In this document: one piece after another, positions 1 through 10,654 of the stretch | Layout of the letters: each line of letters starts with the position of its first letter | How positions within the stretch are numbered: the first letter of the stretch is position 1 | Assembly (NCBI GenBank): GCA_028534125.1 | Contig: CM052817.1 | Location: 78,804,001-78,868,000, forward strand | Length of the DNA stretch: 64,000 nucleotides | Source of the DNA: Lama glama | Taxonomy: Eukaryota | Direction: 5' to 3' | Notes under the pieces: generated by a model | The model's database searches: none | Seen by the model: only the letters and a program-made list of their open reading frames with translations | Told to the model about the DNA's origin: nothing | Program-made: the position numbers and the translations under genes

Positions 1-77
1 ACCCGTGAGCACAGCAGAATCCAATGACTGTAGAGAGATCACAGCCGAAAAATTGTTGCAGACACGAAGGGGTTCAG
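1..77 (+). CDS. Putative penultimate coding exon (5' part outside window) of an unidentified gene; PVSTAESNDCREITAEKLLQTRRGS
   Basis: Only frame 2 is open; three CpGs retained in 77 nt; ends at a strong donor CAG|GTAAGA (GT at 78-79), phase 1. Confidence 0.5.
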
Positions 78-464
78 GTAAGAGAGTTTGGGAGCTGCAG
101 AATTCCTGAGGTTGGTAAGCAAGGCAGGCAGCCAGAATTTTGTGCAGTGTTCTGGAAGGAAGCAACATATTTTCAGAGAAATTGATTGCACGCTGCTTAA
201 AGACCAAATTTGGAACAAGAAATAAAGGCTGAGAAGTTTTCTGGTTTGTGTCAGGAACTCTGAAGGTACTGATGTAAGGGAAGAGTCCTTTGGCCACATT
301 GGTCAAAGGCAATGGTTAGTTTTTGAATGAGGTGATAGCAGTCACCCACACCTCCCGTACAACCTCCTTGTATATCCTGTATATCAGTCAATGTGTTTAA
401 TTTCTATCACAGAAGAAATTTACAGTCAGCCTCATTAAGTCCATGCGAGAGGCAATACCGTATA

Positions 465-650
465 GCATAGTCCAGCATGGCTGATGCAGATGTCCTAGGT
501 TTGAATCCTGGCTCTGCCATTTACCCACTGGGGGAGCATGGGCATTTTCTTCATCTGTAAAATAGAGATCATAAAAGTTACTTTCTCTCAAAAGCTGTTG
601 TGAAGCTTAAAGGAATTTGTATTTGTAAGCCACCTGGAAGAGTGCCTTCA
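465..650 (+). mobile_element. MIR SINE
   Basis: GGTTTGAATCCTGGCTCTGCCATTTAC ... TCATCTGTAAAATAG ... GTTGTGAAGCTTAAA, typical MIR head and core. Confidence 0.85.
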
Positions 651-1098
651 CACTGCTATAGAAATACGTCTGACATGAGAAAATCTTCATTAAGCCTCAA
701 ATTAGAAATTCCCTTCTGAATTTGTTATTTGTAGGCATGTTCCTGGGTCAAGTGTCTACCTGATAATTAAAGTCCCAACTCTGGCATTCAGAAATGGGGA
801 AAATACAATAAGCCATGCTTCTTTTAGAAATATGTTTTGCTAGGATTATCTCTACCTGAATGAGGACTGTGTTTTAATAGCTACTTAAAGGATATCTGGA
901 TGACAGTCAGGATGCAATTTGAGCGTATTATTTGTCTCTTACTCTTATATCAGGAAAATAGGCTGTGAATAAACTTCCTTGGATTTCTAGAACAGCACAT
1001 GACATTCATTCATTCATCTTCAAAACTGTGCAGTGTTTGTTTTGGCTGGTTGGTGGGTTTGCTAATTTGCCTTTCTGGTTTTTATGTTTATTGTTCAG

Positions 1099-1127
1099 CT
1101 TTTTTACAATCTGACGAAGGGACATGA
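1099..1127 (+). CDS. Putative last coding exon, (A)FLQSDEGT-stop
   Basis: Branch-like GCTAAT, T-rich tract and TTGTTCAG acceptor (AG 1097-1098); a phase-1 join to exon 1-77 gives GCT TTT TTA CAA TCT GAC GAA GGG ACA TGA. Confidence 0.45.
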
Positions 1128-1778
1128 AATTGCAGAAGCCTATGCCTTTCGGATTTTCTGGGGTTGGCAATGCTCAGAGCAGAGACAGTTCTTTCAATCA
1201 TGGGTCTTGGCCAGTGTCTGCTACTGGGAAAAAATGGACACACAGTCCTAAGGGGCCAGTATTTCTATATCATATAGAAGCTGGAATTCACCTGAATCTG
1301 TAGCTTGGACTCAAAGGAGTTACCCAGTAACATCCTACTCCCAAAGTGCTCTGGTTAACTGGTGATAAGCTTTATCTTTGATGGGTCAATGACTTTCTCA
1401 GCATGTTTAGTGGCAAAATACTTTTGCTACCATGTCTTAAAAAATGGCTGAGAATCATCATGGTAGAAGGATGGCTGTAACCAGCTTCTCTGGCTACCCC
1501 TGCCTGGAAAAGTAGGAAAGGAACATATGACAGCACCATGCCTTCTGGGTGGCATAAACATTGATACCCTCCCACTTGGGATTTTAATGTGTACAATACA
1601 AATGTCATTAAAAATCTGAGTCAACACATCCCAGGATTTCCAGGGACCTTTCCAGAAGAGCATTTGGCGTAGAGCCCCACTACTCCAAACTGCACCCCCA
1701 CCCCTTTGCTTTTCTCTTTCCAGCTAGACTTGCAGGGTAGGTTTGTGTGAAAACACTTGGAAATTGAAGACTATATCA

Positions 1779-1845
1779 AATAAAACATCTCCAACTTTTA
1801 TTTTAAAAAATCACGAGAGTGGAGTGTTGAGTTTGAGCTGTGAAT
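1779..1845 (+). terminator. Candidate polyadenylation signal with downstream GU-rich element
   Basis: AATAAA at 1779-1784, T-rich run, then GAGTGGAGTGTTGAGTTTGAGCTGTG; alternative ATTAAA near 1607. Confidence 0.4.
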
Positions 1846-2626
1846 AGATGTGTTGGGGAGCCTTCAAGGTCTCAATGCTGATCAGCCTACTGAGTTTATC
1901 CCAAAGTGGACTGAAAAGTTTATGGAATCTGGTCAGTTGGAGGCTGTGCTACGTGGATTGCCTAACCCAGCCCATTACATTTTATTTTTTAGACACAAAA
2001 TTTCCCTCTTAGGTTATTATCCATCATTTGTTTTCTTGCCTGTGGTGACAGTTAACTGGGCTCCTGCAGCACTGGAAATCCAACAGAAACACGCAACACA
2101 TTCTTGTTTTGTATTATGCTCTGAGCTCTGCTTCTGAGTCCCAAGCAAACCTTCATCAACCTAAATTGACACATTCCCATTCTTCCTTAGAGGATGGTAA
2201 GTTCATTACTAAAATAAGACTGTGGAAAATTTTTGCAGTAGAGCCCGTTTTTATCCTAATTTTATATTTTACTTTTACAAAGCATTTAGTATTATCAAGT
2301 GTTAAGTATTTAAAAGTACACTGCAAAATTGTATGGAGTTATTAGTGTCTTGACTTTATGCATCTACATATATTTAAAATACACATCCATTACTTGGAAG
2401 TCTTGAAACATGTGTCTTGATTCTCAAAGGGTGTTTTGAAACACAGTCATCAAATGCTGCTCTCATCTTCAGAGTTCACTGATAATTTCTAGCTTCTGTG
2501 TGTCTACCACGGGATCCTAGGTACTACTTGATCGTGTTTGGATTGTTTTCACTTACATTGTTATTTTTATCTTCGTGTCGACACTGTAAGGAGGCAGTTT
2601 CGGAGGCTATGCCGCTACCTGTTCGT

Positions 2627-2850
2627 GCATAGCTGTTAAGGCTGTGAAGTCCCATTTTCTGGGTTCAAATCTTAGTTGTCATTTACTTGCTATGAAATTT
2701 GAGCATATTGTTTTTGTCTGTCTGTCTCTCTCTTCATCACAAAATGGAGATGTAACAGTATTTACCTCATAGGCTTTTGAATTATTTCATATAAAGTCTT
2801 TTTACAGGGCCTGACACATGATAAACAATCAACAAATGTTAGCTATTATT
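2627..2850 (+). mobile_element. MIR SINE
   Basis: CTGGGTTCAAATCTTAG, AAAATGGAGAT, TACCTCATAGG, and the tail AAATGTTAGCTATTATT. Confidence 0.85.
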
Positions 2851-3034
2851 TAAAATTACAGAAACTAAGATCCAGACAGTGACTTACTAGTCTTGTCATG
2901 AATTAGTGAAGATTGGTCTTGATACAAAGTGTAAAGTGCCTCTCCCAGTTTCAGCCATCATTATTTGAGTTCCCAAAGTACAAATGCTGGTTTCTTTCTA
3001 TATTTATGGATGTACTTGGTTTTGTATTTGTGGG

Positions 3035-3243
3035 GTTTTTTAAAATTGAAGTATAGCTGATGTATATTAGTTGAAGTATGAGTTACAGGTATACAGTATA
3101 GTGATTCACAATTTTTAAAAGTTATACTTCATTAATAGTTACTATAAAATATTAGATATATTTCCTGTGTTGTACAATTTATCTTTGTGGCTTATGTTAT
3201 ATATAATAGTTTTTATCTCTTGATCCCCTACCCTTCTATTACC
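3035..3243 (-). mobile_element. LINE-1 3' end, running into the gap
   Basis: T-run followed by ATTGAAGTATAGCTGAT ... GTGATTCACAATTTTTAAAAGTTATAC, an L1 3' UTR in antisense. Confidence 0.85.
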
Positions 3244-3743
3244 NNNNNNNNNNNNNNNNNNNNNNNNNNNNNNNNNNNNNNNNNNNNNNNNNNNNNNNNN
3301 NNNNNNNNNNNNNNNNNNNNNNNNNNNNNNNNNNNNNNNNNNNNNNNNNNNNNNNNNNNNNNNNNNNNNNNNNNNNNNNNNNNNNNNNNNNNNNNNNNNN
3401 NNNNNNNNNNNNNNNNNNNNNNNNNNNNNNNNNNNNNNNNNNNNNNNNNNNNNNNNNNNNNNNNNNNNNNNNNNNNNNNNNNNNNNNNNNNNNNNNNNNN
3501 NNNNNNNNNNNNNNNNNNNNNNNNNNNNNNNNNNNNNNNNNNNNNNNNNNNNNNNNNNNNNNNNNNNNNNNNNNNNNNNNNNNNNNNNNNNNNNNNNNNN
3601 NNNNNNNNNNNNNNNNNNNNNNNNNNNNNNNNNNNNNNNNNNNNNNNNNNNNNNNNNNNNNNNNNNNNNNNNNNNNNNNNNNNNNNNNNNNNNNNNNNNN
3701 NNNNNNNNNNNNNNNNNNNNNNNNNNNNNNNNNNNNNNNNNNN
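3244..3743. other. Assembly gap (500 N)
   Basis: Run of N; the round length suggests a placeholder or estimated size. Confidence 1.
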
Positions 3744-4294
3744 TTCCTCTGCATTATCTAGTCTACTTTGCACAGCTTTTAGATCATTCCTCATCTCAGT
3801 CAGTGAGTTTACCCATTCTACTTGGCTCTTCTTTATAGCTTCAATTTCATTTTTGACATATTTTATATCTCTAAACACTATCTCTTTTAACTCCTTCAGC
3901 AATTTGATCACTCCTTTCTTGAAATCCCTCTGTGCCTGTTTAACTTAGTTCTGTCAGTCAAGGGCTGCTCTGTACAGATCCAAGCCTCGGAGGCTCCCCC
4001 TCTGTCCTGCTGGCCTCTTGGTTGGAGGGAGGAGACCCACCGAAGGAGTGCTAGTCCTCCTTTGCCGCTCCCTACCCGCAGGACCCATCCTGCTGTGCTT
4101 TGCCTTTTCTTCTTTCTTTTTTCCTTCTCTCCTACCAGATTTTTGGCATCTCTGTCTTTTGAAGAGGATGATGTTCTATCAGAGTTCCGCAGGTGCTCTG
4201 GTTGGCTGAGTGGGTCTGTGGATGTGAGTCTTGGTGCATTTGTGGGAGAGGGTGAGCTACCAGCATCCTTCTACTCCGCCATCTTAGCCTCTCA
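3744..4294 (-). mobile_element. LINE-1 5' end: short 5' UTR fused to ORF1 coiled-coil
   Basis: ORF1-like DFKKGVIKLLKELKE...SRLDNAEE; 5' start with YY1-type AAGATGGCGG (CCGCCATCTT at 4277-4286); abuts ORF2 of an older L1. Confidence 0.85.
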
Positions 4295-7200
4295 GTCGCA
4301 TAATCGATTGTTATAACTTCTTGATGTATTGATCTCTTTGTCATCATATAATGACATTTTTGGTCTCTTCTTACTACTTTTGGCTTAAAGTCCTTCATCT
4401 GAAATAAGTATGTCTATCCCTGTAACCATTTTTAATTTCCACTTATCTGAAGTGTTGTTTTTCATCCCTTCACTTTGAGCCTATGTGTATCTTTAGAATT
4501 GACTTCTGTAGGCATCATGTAGTTTGGTCTTTCTTTAGTCAGCCATTCTGTGCCTTTTGATTGGTGAATCAACCCAATTACATTTAGAGTGATTATTGAC
4601 ATATGAGTACTTACTACTGCCATCTTATTGTGTTCTTGTATTTGTCTATGTGTCTTGTATTTCCACTGTTTTTTTTCACCTCTGTTTCTGCCTACCTTGT
4701 AAATTGATGTTTTTCTATGATGGTATCCTCAGTTTCCTTTTTTCAATGTTTCATGAATCTGTTCTAGATTTTTGCTTTGTGATTCCTGTGAGGCTTACAT
4801 AAAATATCTCATAGATAAAATAGTCAATTTTATGCTGACAGCTACATCTTTATTTGCTTGTAAAACTCCACCATTTAACTCTTCCCCTTTTATATTTTGA
4901 TATCACAATTTATCTCTTTTATTTTGTGTATTTGTTAACAAATTATAGTAGCTATATTTATTTTATTCTCTTTTCCTTTAACCTTTATATTGTAATTAAG
5001 CAGCTAGTACAGCATTCTAAAATAGTTACAGTTTTTTAATTCTGTCTGTTTTTCACTTTTACTCAAGTGTTGTGTACTTTTGTATGTTTTCATGTTACTG
5101 ATTAGTGTCTTTATTTCAGCATGAAAAACTCCTTTCAGCATTTCTTGTAAGTCAGGTGTAGTGGCAGTAAATTCTCTCAGCTTTTGTCTGTCTGGGAAAG
5201 CCTTATTGCTTTTTCATATCAGAAGGATAACTTTGCTGGGTAGAGTATTTGGGGCCGGAAAGTTTTACGTTTCAACACTTTGACTGTATCATTTAACTCC
5301 CTTATGCTGGCCTGTAGAGTTTCTGCTGAAAATTTGCTGATAGCCTAATAGATATTCCTCTGTACTTTGCTTTCCCAGGTGAGAGAAATTTTTAGCTATT
5401 ATGTATTCAAATATGTTCCCTGCCCCTTTCTCTCTTCTGCTTCTGGGACCCCTTTAACATGAATGTTTGTATGCTTAATGTCTCAGAGCTTCTCTTAAAT
5501 TGTTCTTATTTCTTTTTATTCTTTTCTTTTTTTCTGTTCAGCTTCAGCGATTTCCACCTCTCTGTCTTCTGGCTCACTGACCCACTCCTCTGTATTATCT
5601 AATCTACTGTTGATATCTTTCAGTATATTTTCATTTTAGTTATTGCATTTTCCATCTCAATTTGGTTCTTTATATTTTCTAGCTCTTTAAAAAATGTAAC
5701 TTTTCACTCTGTTTTTCCAATCTTCTCCCAAGTTCTTTGAACATCTTTATGATCATTACCTTGAACTCTTTATTGGGTAGATTGCCTGTCTCCACTTCAC
5801 TTAGTTCACCTGGAGTTTTATCTTGTTTCTTCATTTGGAGTATATTTCTCTGTTGCCTCATTTTGCCTAATTTGCTGTTCTTATTTCTGTATATCTGGTA
5901 GGTTGATTATATTTCCCTGGCTTAGAGCAGTGGCCCTTTGTAGGAGACATCTTAGGCGTCCTAGCAACACACAACCCTCTGGTTACCAGAGCTAGTAACT
6001 CTAGGTGCTAGGTGCTCTAGTGCTGTCCCCTATTTGGGTTGCATGGGTCCTTCTCTTATGGTGGGCTGACTACTGTGGGCAGTCTGGTAGGTGTGACTGG
6101 CCCCTGGTTGTCAGGACCTGCCTGGTGGGGAGGCTGCTGGCCACTGGTGGTGGGGCCAGGTCATGAGGCTGCTTGCTACAGAGCTCTGAGGGTTCTGGGG
6201 CTAGTGCTGGCCTACTGATGTGCAGAGGTGGTTTCTTGGGTGGGTAGTTGTGGGGCCAGAGGTCTTGGATCTAGAATCAGTCTGTATGTGCATGGGGCTG
6301 GTTCCTGACACTGTGTCTGACACTGCTGGCTGTGGGGCCTGTGGTGTCCCAAAGCTGGTATTGGCTTGCTGGTAAGTGGGGCTGGATCTCAGGGTAGCTG
6401 GCTGAGGGATCCAAGGTGTCTGTTGGAGCTAGTGTCCGTCTGCTAGTGGGCAGGTTCAGGGCCCAGAGGGGTGGTCCTGGGGCTGGTGCCTGCCCATTGT
6501 TGAGTGAGGGAGGGTCCTGGAGCTAATGTCAGCCCACTGGTGAGTGGAGTTGGATCCTGGGTTCTCTGGCTGCAGAGCCCTGGGGGGTCTCAAAGCTGGG
6601 GTCAGCCTTCTGGTAGCAAGGCCAAGGTCTAGAGGGGCCAGGAGCTAGTGTAGGCTCACTGGTGTGCAGGGCTGGGTCCTGGACCCTCTGGTGGACAGGG
6701 CAATGCCCCAGGGTGATGTGGGCTCAGGGTGGTCTTAGTAGCAGGCCTACTCATAGATAGAGTTGTGTCTCCACCTGGTAGTTGCTTTGCCCAAAGTGTC
6801 CCAGTACTGATGCCTACAGTTTGGTGAGTGAGGCCAGATCCCAGTGCTAATAAGCTAGAGGGGAGGATTTCAAAATAACACCAGTGTCTGTGTGGTAGAA
6901 TGAACTCCCTAAAGTGGCTGCTATTACTATATGTGTCCCCAGGGTGAACTCCAGTTACCTTCTGCCTCTTCAGAAGGCTCTCCCAGACCAGGTGTGTCTG
7001 ATCCAGGTTCCTTTTAAATTACTGCTTCTGTCCTGGGTCCCAGATCTTATGAGATATTGTGTGTACCCTTTAGTAAGAGTAGAGGCTCTGTTTCCCACAG
7101 CACTCTGGGTTTCCTGAATGTGAGTCCAACTGATCTTCAAAACCAAACCTTCTTGGGGGCTTATTTTTCCAGTGCAGGATCCTGGGCTGTGGAGCCCAGC

Positions 7201-7482
7201 GTGGGCTCAGATGTCTTCCTCCTTCGGGAGAACCTCTGCAATTGTGATTATCCCCCCTTTTGTGGGTCACCCATCTGGGGGTATGGGTCTTGACCATACT
7301 GTGTCTTTGCCCCTCTACCATCTCATTATGGTTCCTTCTTTATATCTTTAGATGTAGGAAATCCTTTCTTCTAGTCTTCCAGTTTTCCTCATAAATAGTT
7401 TCTCTGTATATAGCTGTAATTTAGATGTGCCCATGGGAGGAGATGAGCTCAGAGTCCCTACACCACCATCTTGGTCACTCCA
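4295..7482 (-). mobile_element. Older LINE-1 5' half (ORF2 endonuclease, ORF1, long GC-rich 5' UTR), degenerate
   Basis: EN-like MKDFKPKVVRRDQKCHYMMTKRSIHQE; ORF1 start MRQQRNILQMKKQDKTP...EFKVMIIKM (5679-5861); 5' motif CACCATCTTGG near 7465. Confidence 0.9.
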
Positions 7483-8228
7483 AATTCCACCTTGAGATGC
7501 TTATGTCCTGACTCCATAAGCTGCCTCAGGCCCAAAAGTTCTACAGCCTTCTTGCTATGCATGGTGCACATCTTTCCTCAAGATTATATTTCAGATTTAG
7601 ACAGCATGTTTCAACAGCACTGATTCCTGCAGAAGTTTCTATTCATTATCCAGCACAAAGTCCCTCATAGGTTTGAGAAATACCTAATTTCCTGACTTAA
7701 ATCCTGTATTTACTTAGCTTTACATCTTATGGTTGAAGGACACTTCCTAAGCTTATCTGTGTTATCGGATTCTGTGCTTCCTTAGCAGTGTTTTGGTTAT
7801 AGCTCAGCTTCTTACTATAGATCTGCCTGCACCTCAGTGGTACTTTGAAGCACTTCTGGAAGCTTTGTGCTCTGGTACTCACGCCCAAGAGTCCTTTTTG
7901 AGACCAGGATGCACACAGACTGTGTTCCAGTTTAGCCTTATGGTAGCCAGTTCCCTTGCTGTGGAATACAAAGATCTTGGCAATCATCCTTCCAGGACAG
8001 TGGGGTCTTGGGTGCCCATTCTCTCACCCTAATTCTATAAATATTCATATTAATGTTTTAAGGACTAAGATATGTAGAATTTTAGTTTTTAATTTTGTTT
8101 TAGAAATTTTCAATTTGGGACGTGCTTGCTTTTGACCCAAAAGTTGTTTGCATTTTATTTTTATTAGTTAATAATCTTACTGCATTTTGTGATCAAAACC
8201 TGTTTGTATCATTTCTGGTTTTTGGAGC

Positions 8229-8853
8229 TGTAGTATTTTACTATTGCTGCTATCACAAAGTGCTATCATTTTAGCATCTTAAGACAAGACGAATTTATTT
8301 TTTCACAGTTCTGTAGGTCAGAAGTCCAGATGGACTTCAAAGCTTTCTCTTCTTCAGGTCTCACAAGGCTGAAATTAAGGTGCTAACTAGCTCTGACTTT
8401 TATCAAGAGACTTCGGAAGAGAATCTGCTTCCAGGTTTATTCTGGTTGTAGGCAGAATTCAATTCCATGTGGTTATAGGACTGAGGCCCCTGTTTCCTTG
8501 CTGGCTGTAGGAAAAAGACCAGTCTTTGCTCCTAGAGGCTACCCATGTTCCTTAGGCTTTTCATGCAGCTCCTTCCAGCAGTAGCAGGTCATGTTGCTCT
8601 CTTGCTTTGAATCTCTCTGACTTCTCTTTCTGCCACATTTCTGATTCCAGCTGGAGAAAGTTATCTACTTTTAAGGGCTCGTGTGGTTATATTGGGTCCA
8701 CTTAATAATCCAAGATAGTTTCCCTATGTTAATATTTATAACCTTAATCACCTCTGCAGATTCCCTTTGCCATGTAATGTAACATGTTTATAGATTCTAG
8801 GGAATCAGGCATGGACATCTTTTTGGGAATGGAGGGGCCCGCTATCTACCACA
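8229..8853 (-). mobile_element. MaLR solo LTR (MLT1D/E-like)
   Basis: TG...ATTGCTGCT...CACAGTTCTGTAGGTCAGAAGTCC...GCATGGACATCTTT...CTACCACA; TG/CA termini. Confidence 0.85.
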
Positions 8854-9684
8854 GAAACTTCTCAAGGTTTTCGTTTGTGACCTAAGTGGTACTTGTGCAG
8901 TAGAGAAGAAAGCTATATTCTCTATTATTTTTCAGACTTTTACATATAATCATAAGACCTCCTTTATTCATGGTGGTGATTAGAGCTCTTATATCTTTAC
9001 TTATTGTCTACTTGACCTATCTTGGACTAAGAGTAGTGCTATAATATCTAATTTTTAGGGTATTTCTATTTCTTCATATAGTTCCTGCTTTATATAGATT
9101 GCTTCTGTGTTATATGTGCATAGGTATAGTTATTAAATAACTTAATGTTTTCATTGTAAATCAGAGGCTTCAGGGTTGAAATGAAACCCTTTGTCTCTGT
9201 TATTTGTCTCAGTTTTACCCACTTAGATCTGAAGGCTGTAAACCTTGCTTTATTTTTCTTGGCATTTGTCTGATACATTTTCTATCCCTTTACTTTTACT
9301 TTTAGCCTTTCTGAATCACTTCAGATTCACATTTTTAACTGTCTCCTATATATGACATAGAGTTGGATTTTATTTGAAGCCAATCTTATTTTTATTTTAA
9401 TAGGTATATTAAATCCATTTGCATTTATTAATATGACTTATTTATTAATATGACCAATATTTTTATCTACATTTTTCCAGTTATTTCAGGTTATATTTAC
9501 TATGGGTCTTTTATTAAATGCTGTCTTGTTTATATGAACTTTTTGGTATTTAGGAGGGTATGTATTTTTTCTAGTGATGCTCTTTATCCTAATACTTTTA
9601 TTTAATTCCCTAGTCCCTCATCTTTTTTTTCTTTTTACTGAGACATTTAGTCTTTTTTTCCCATTAAAATATTTAAAATTTGAC

Positions 9685-9925
9685 TTTTTATTTACTTATT
9701 TATATTGAGTTATAGTCAGTTTACAATGTTGTATCAATTTCCAGTGTAGAGCACAATTTTTCAGTTATACATGAACATATGTATATTCATTGTCCATTGT
9801 CACATTTTTTCCGCTGTGAGCTACTGCAAGATCTTGTATATATTTCCCTGTGCTATACCGTATAATCTTGTTTATCTTTTCTATATGTGCCTGTCAGTAT
9901 CTACAAATTTCAAACTCCCAGTCTA
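9685..9925 (-). mobile_element. Short 5'-truncated young L1 3' end
   Basis: TATTGAGTTATAGTCAGTTTACAATGTTG ...; same 3' UTR type as 28195-29345 and 40770-40945. Confidence 0.8.
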
Positions 9926-10654
9926 CCTTAAAGAACATTTTTTAAAGATAATAAATGTAACTTGTATCTATTTATAGGATGATTCATGAGCTAATTACAT
10001 CTTCTCTTCTTTTCCTTCTTCCACTTTTCAGTTGTCAAAGCATATATTTATATGCTTTTCTCCTACCTTTGTTTTAGTCTTAATTGTTCACTGTTTTTTA
10101 TGGAAGTCTCCTTGATCAGCTCTTAAATTTGTCTTCTAATTGATTCCCTAAAAAGGAAATGTGGATAAAATACATCCTTGAATTACTGCATGTTTAAAAC
10201 TTTTTTTCCTGAATAACCTTGATATAGACTTTATTTTTTGCTTAGAGTGTTGCTGTTGAAAAACAGTCTTACACCAAACTGATTTCTTTCCTTTCTAAGT
10301 AACTTGTTCTATTTGCCTGGGGGCACAAAGTATTCTCCCCTCTTCCACCATTATCTTTAAACTCCAACAGTTTTATTAGAATGTGAGTTAGAATTGAACA
10401 TCTGTGATCTAATCAATAGTATCAGGTATTTAGTGGAAACATGGGCCCTTCCAACAAGTAGATTTAAGGATATAGGTGTGTGTTAGAGAAGTTTTCATTA
10501 AGTATAGTTTTAAATATTCTCTTTAATTGAATTTTCCCCTACATAAGGCCTCAAATTATATATAAAACAGATCTTTCTCTGTATTTTATTTCTATTACTT
10601 TCTTCTACCTTTTCACAATTCTCCACTTCTGTACACTAATTTATTTTTAATTCC

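Larger units (their letters stand above)
8050..10600 (-). mobile_element. Ancient highly decayed L1 (L1ME-like) fragments, interrupted by MLT1 and a younger L1
   Basis: Weak ORF2/ORF1 antisense remnants, e.g. TTTGACCCAAAAGTTGTTT, TTTGTGATCA, TTTGTGACCTAAG. Confidence 0.55.

Noticed and set aside
3187..3948. Long ORFs of 171-253 aa
   Set aside because: They are artefacts of translating through the N gap; the only real part is L1 ORF1.
6050..6800. GC-rich quasi-repetitive tract as a CpG island or repeat array
   Set aside because: It is almost CpG-free and lies within an old L1 5' UTR.
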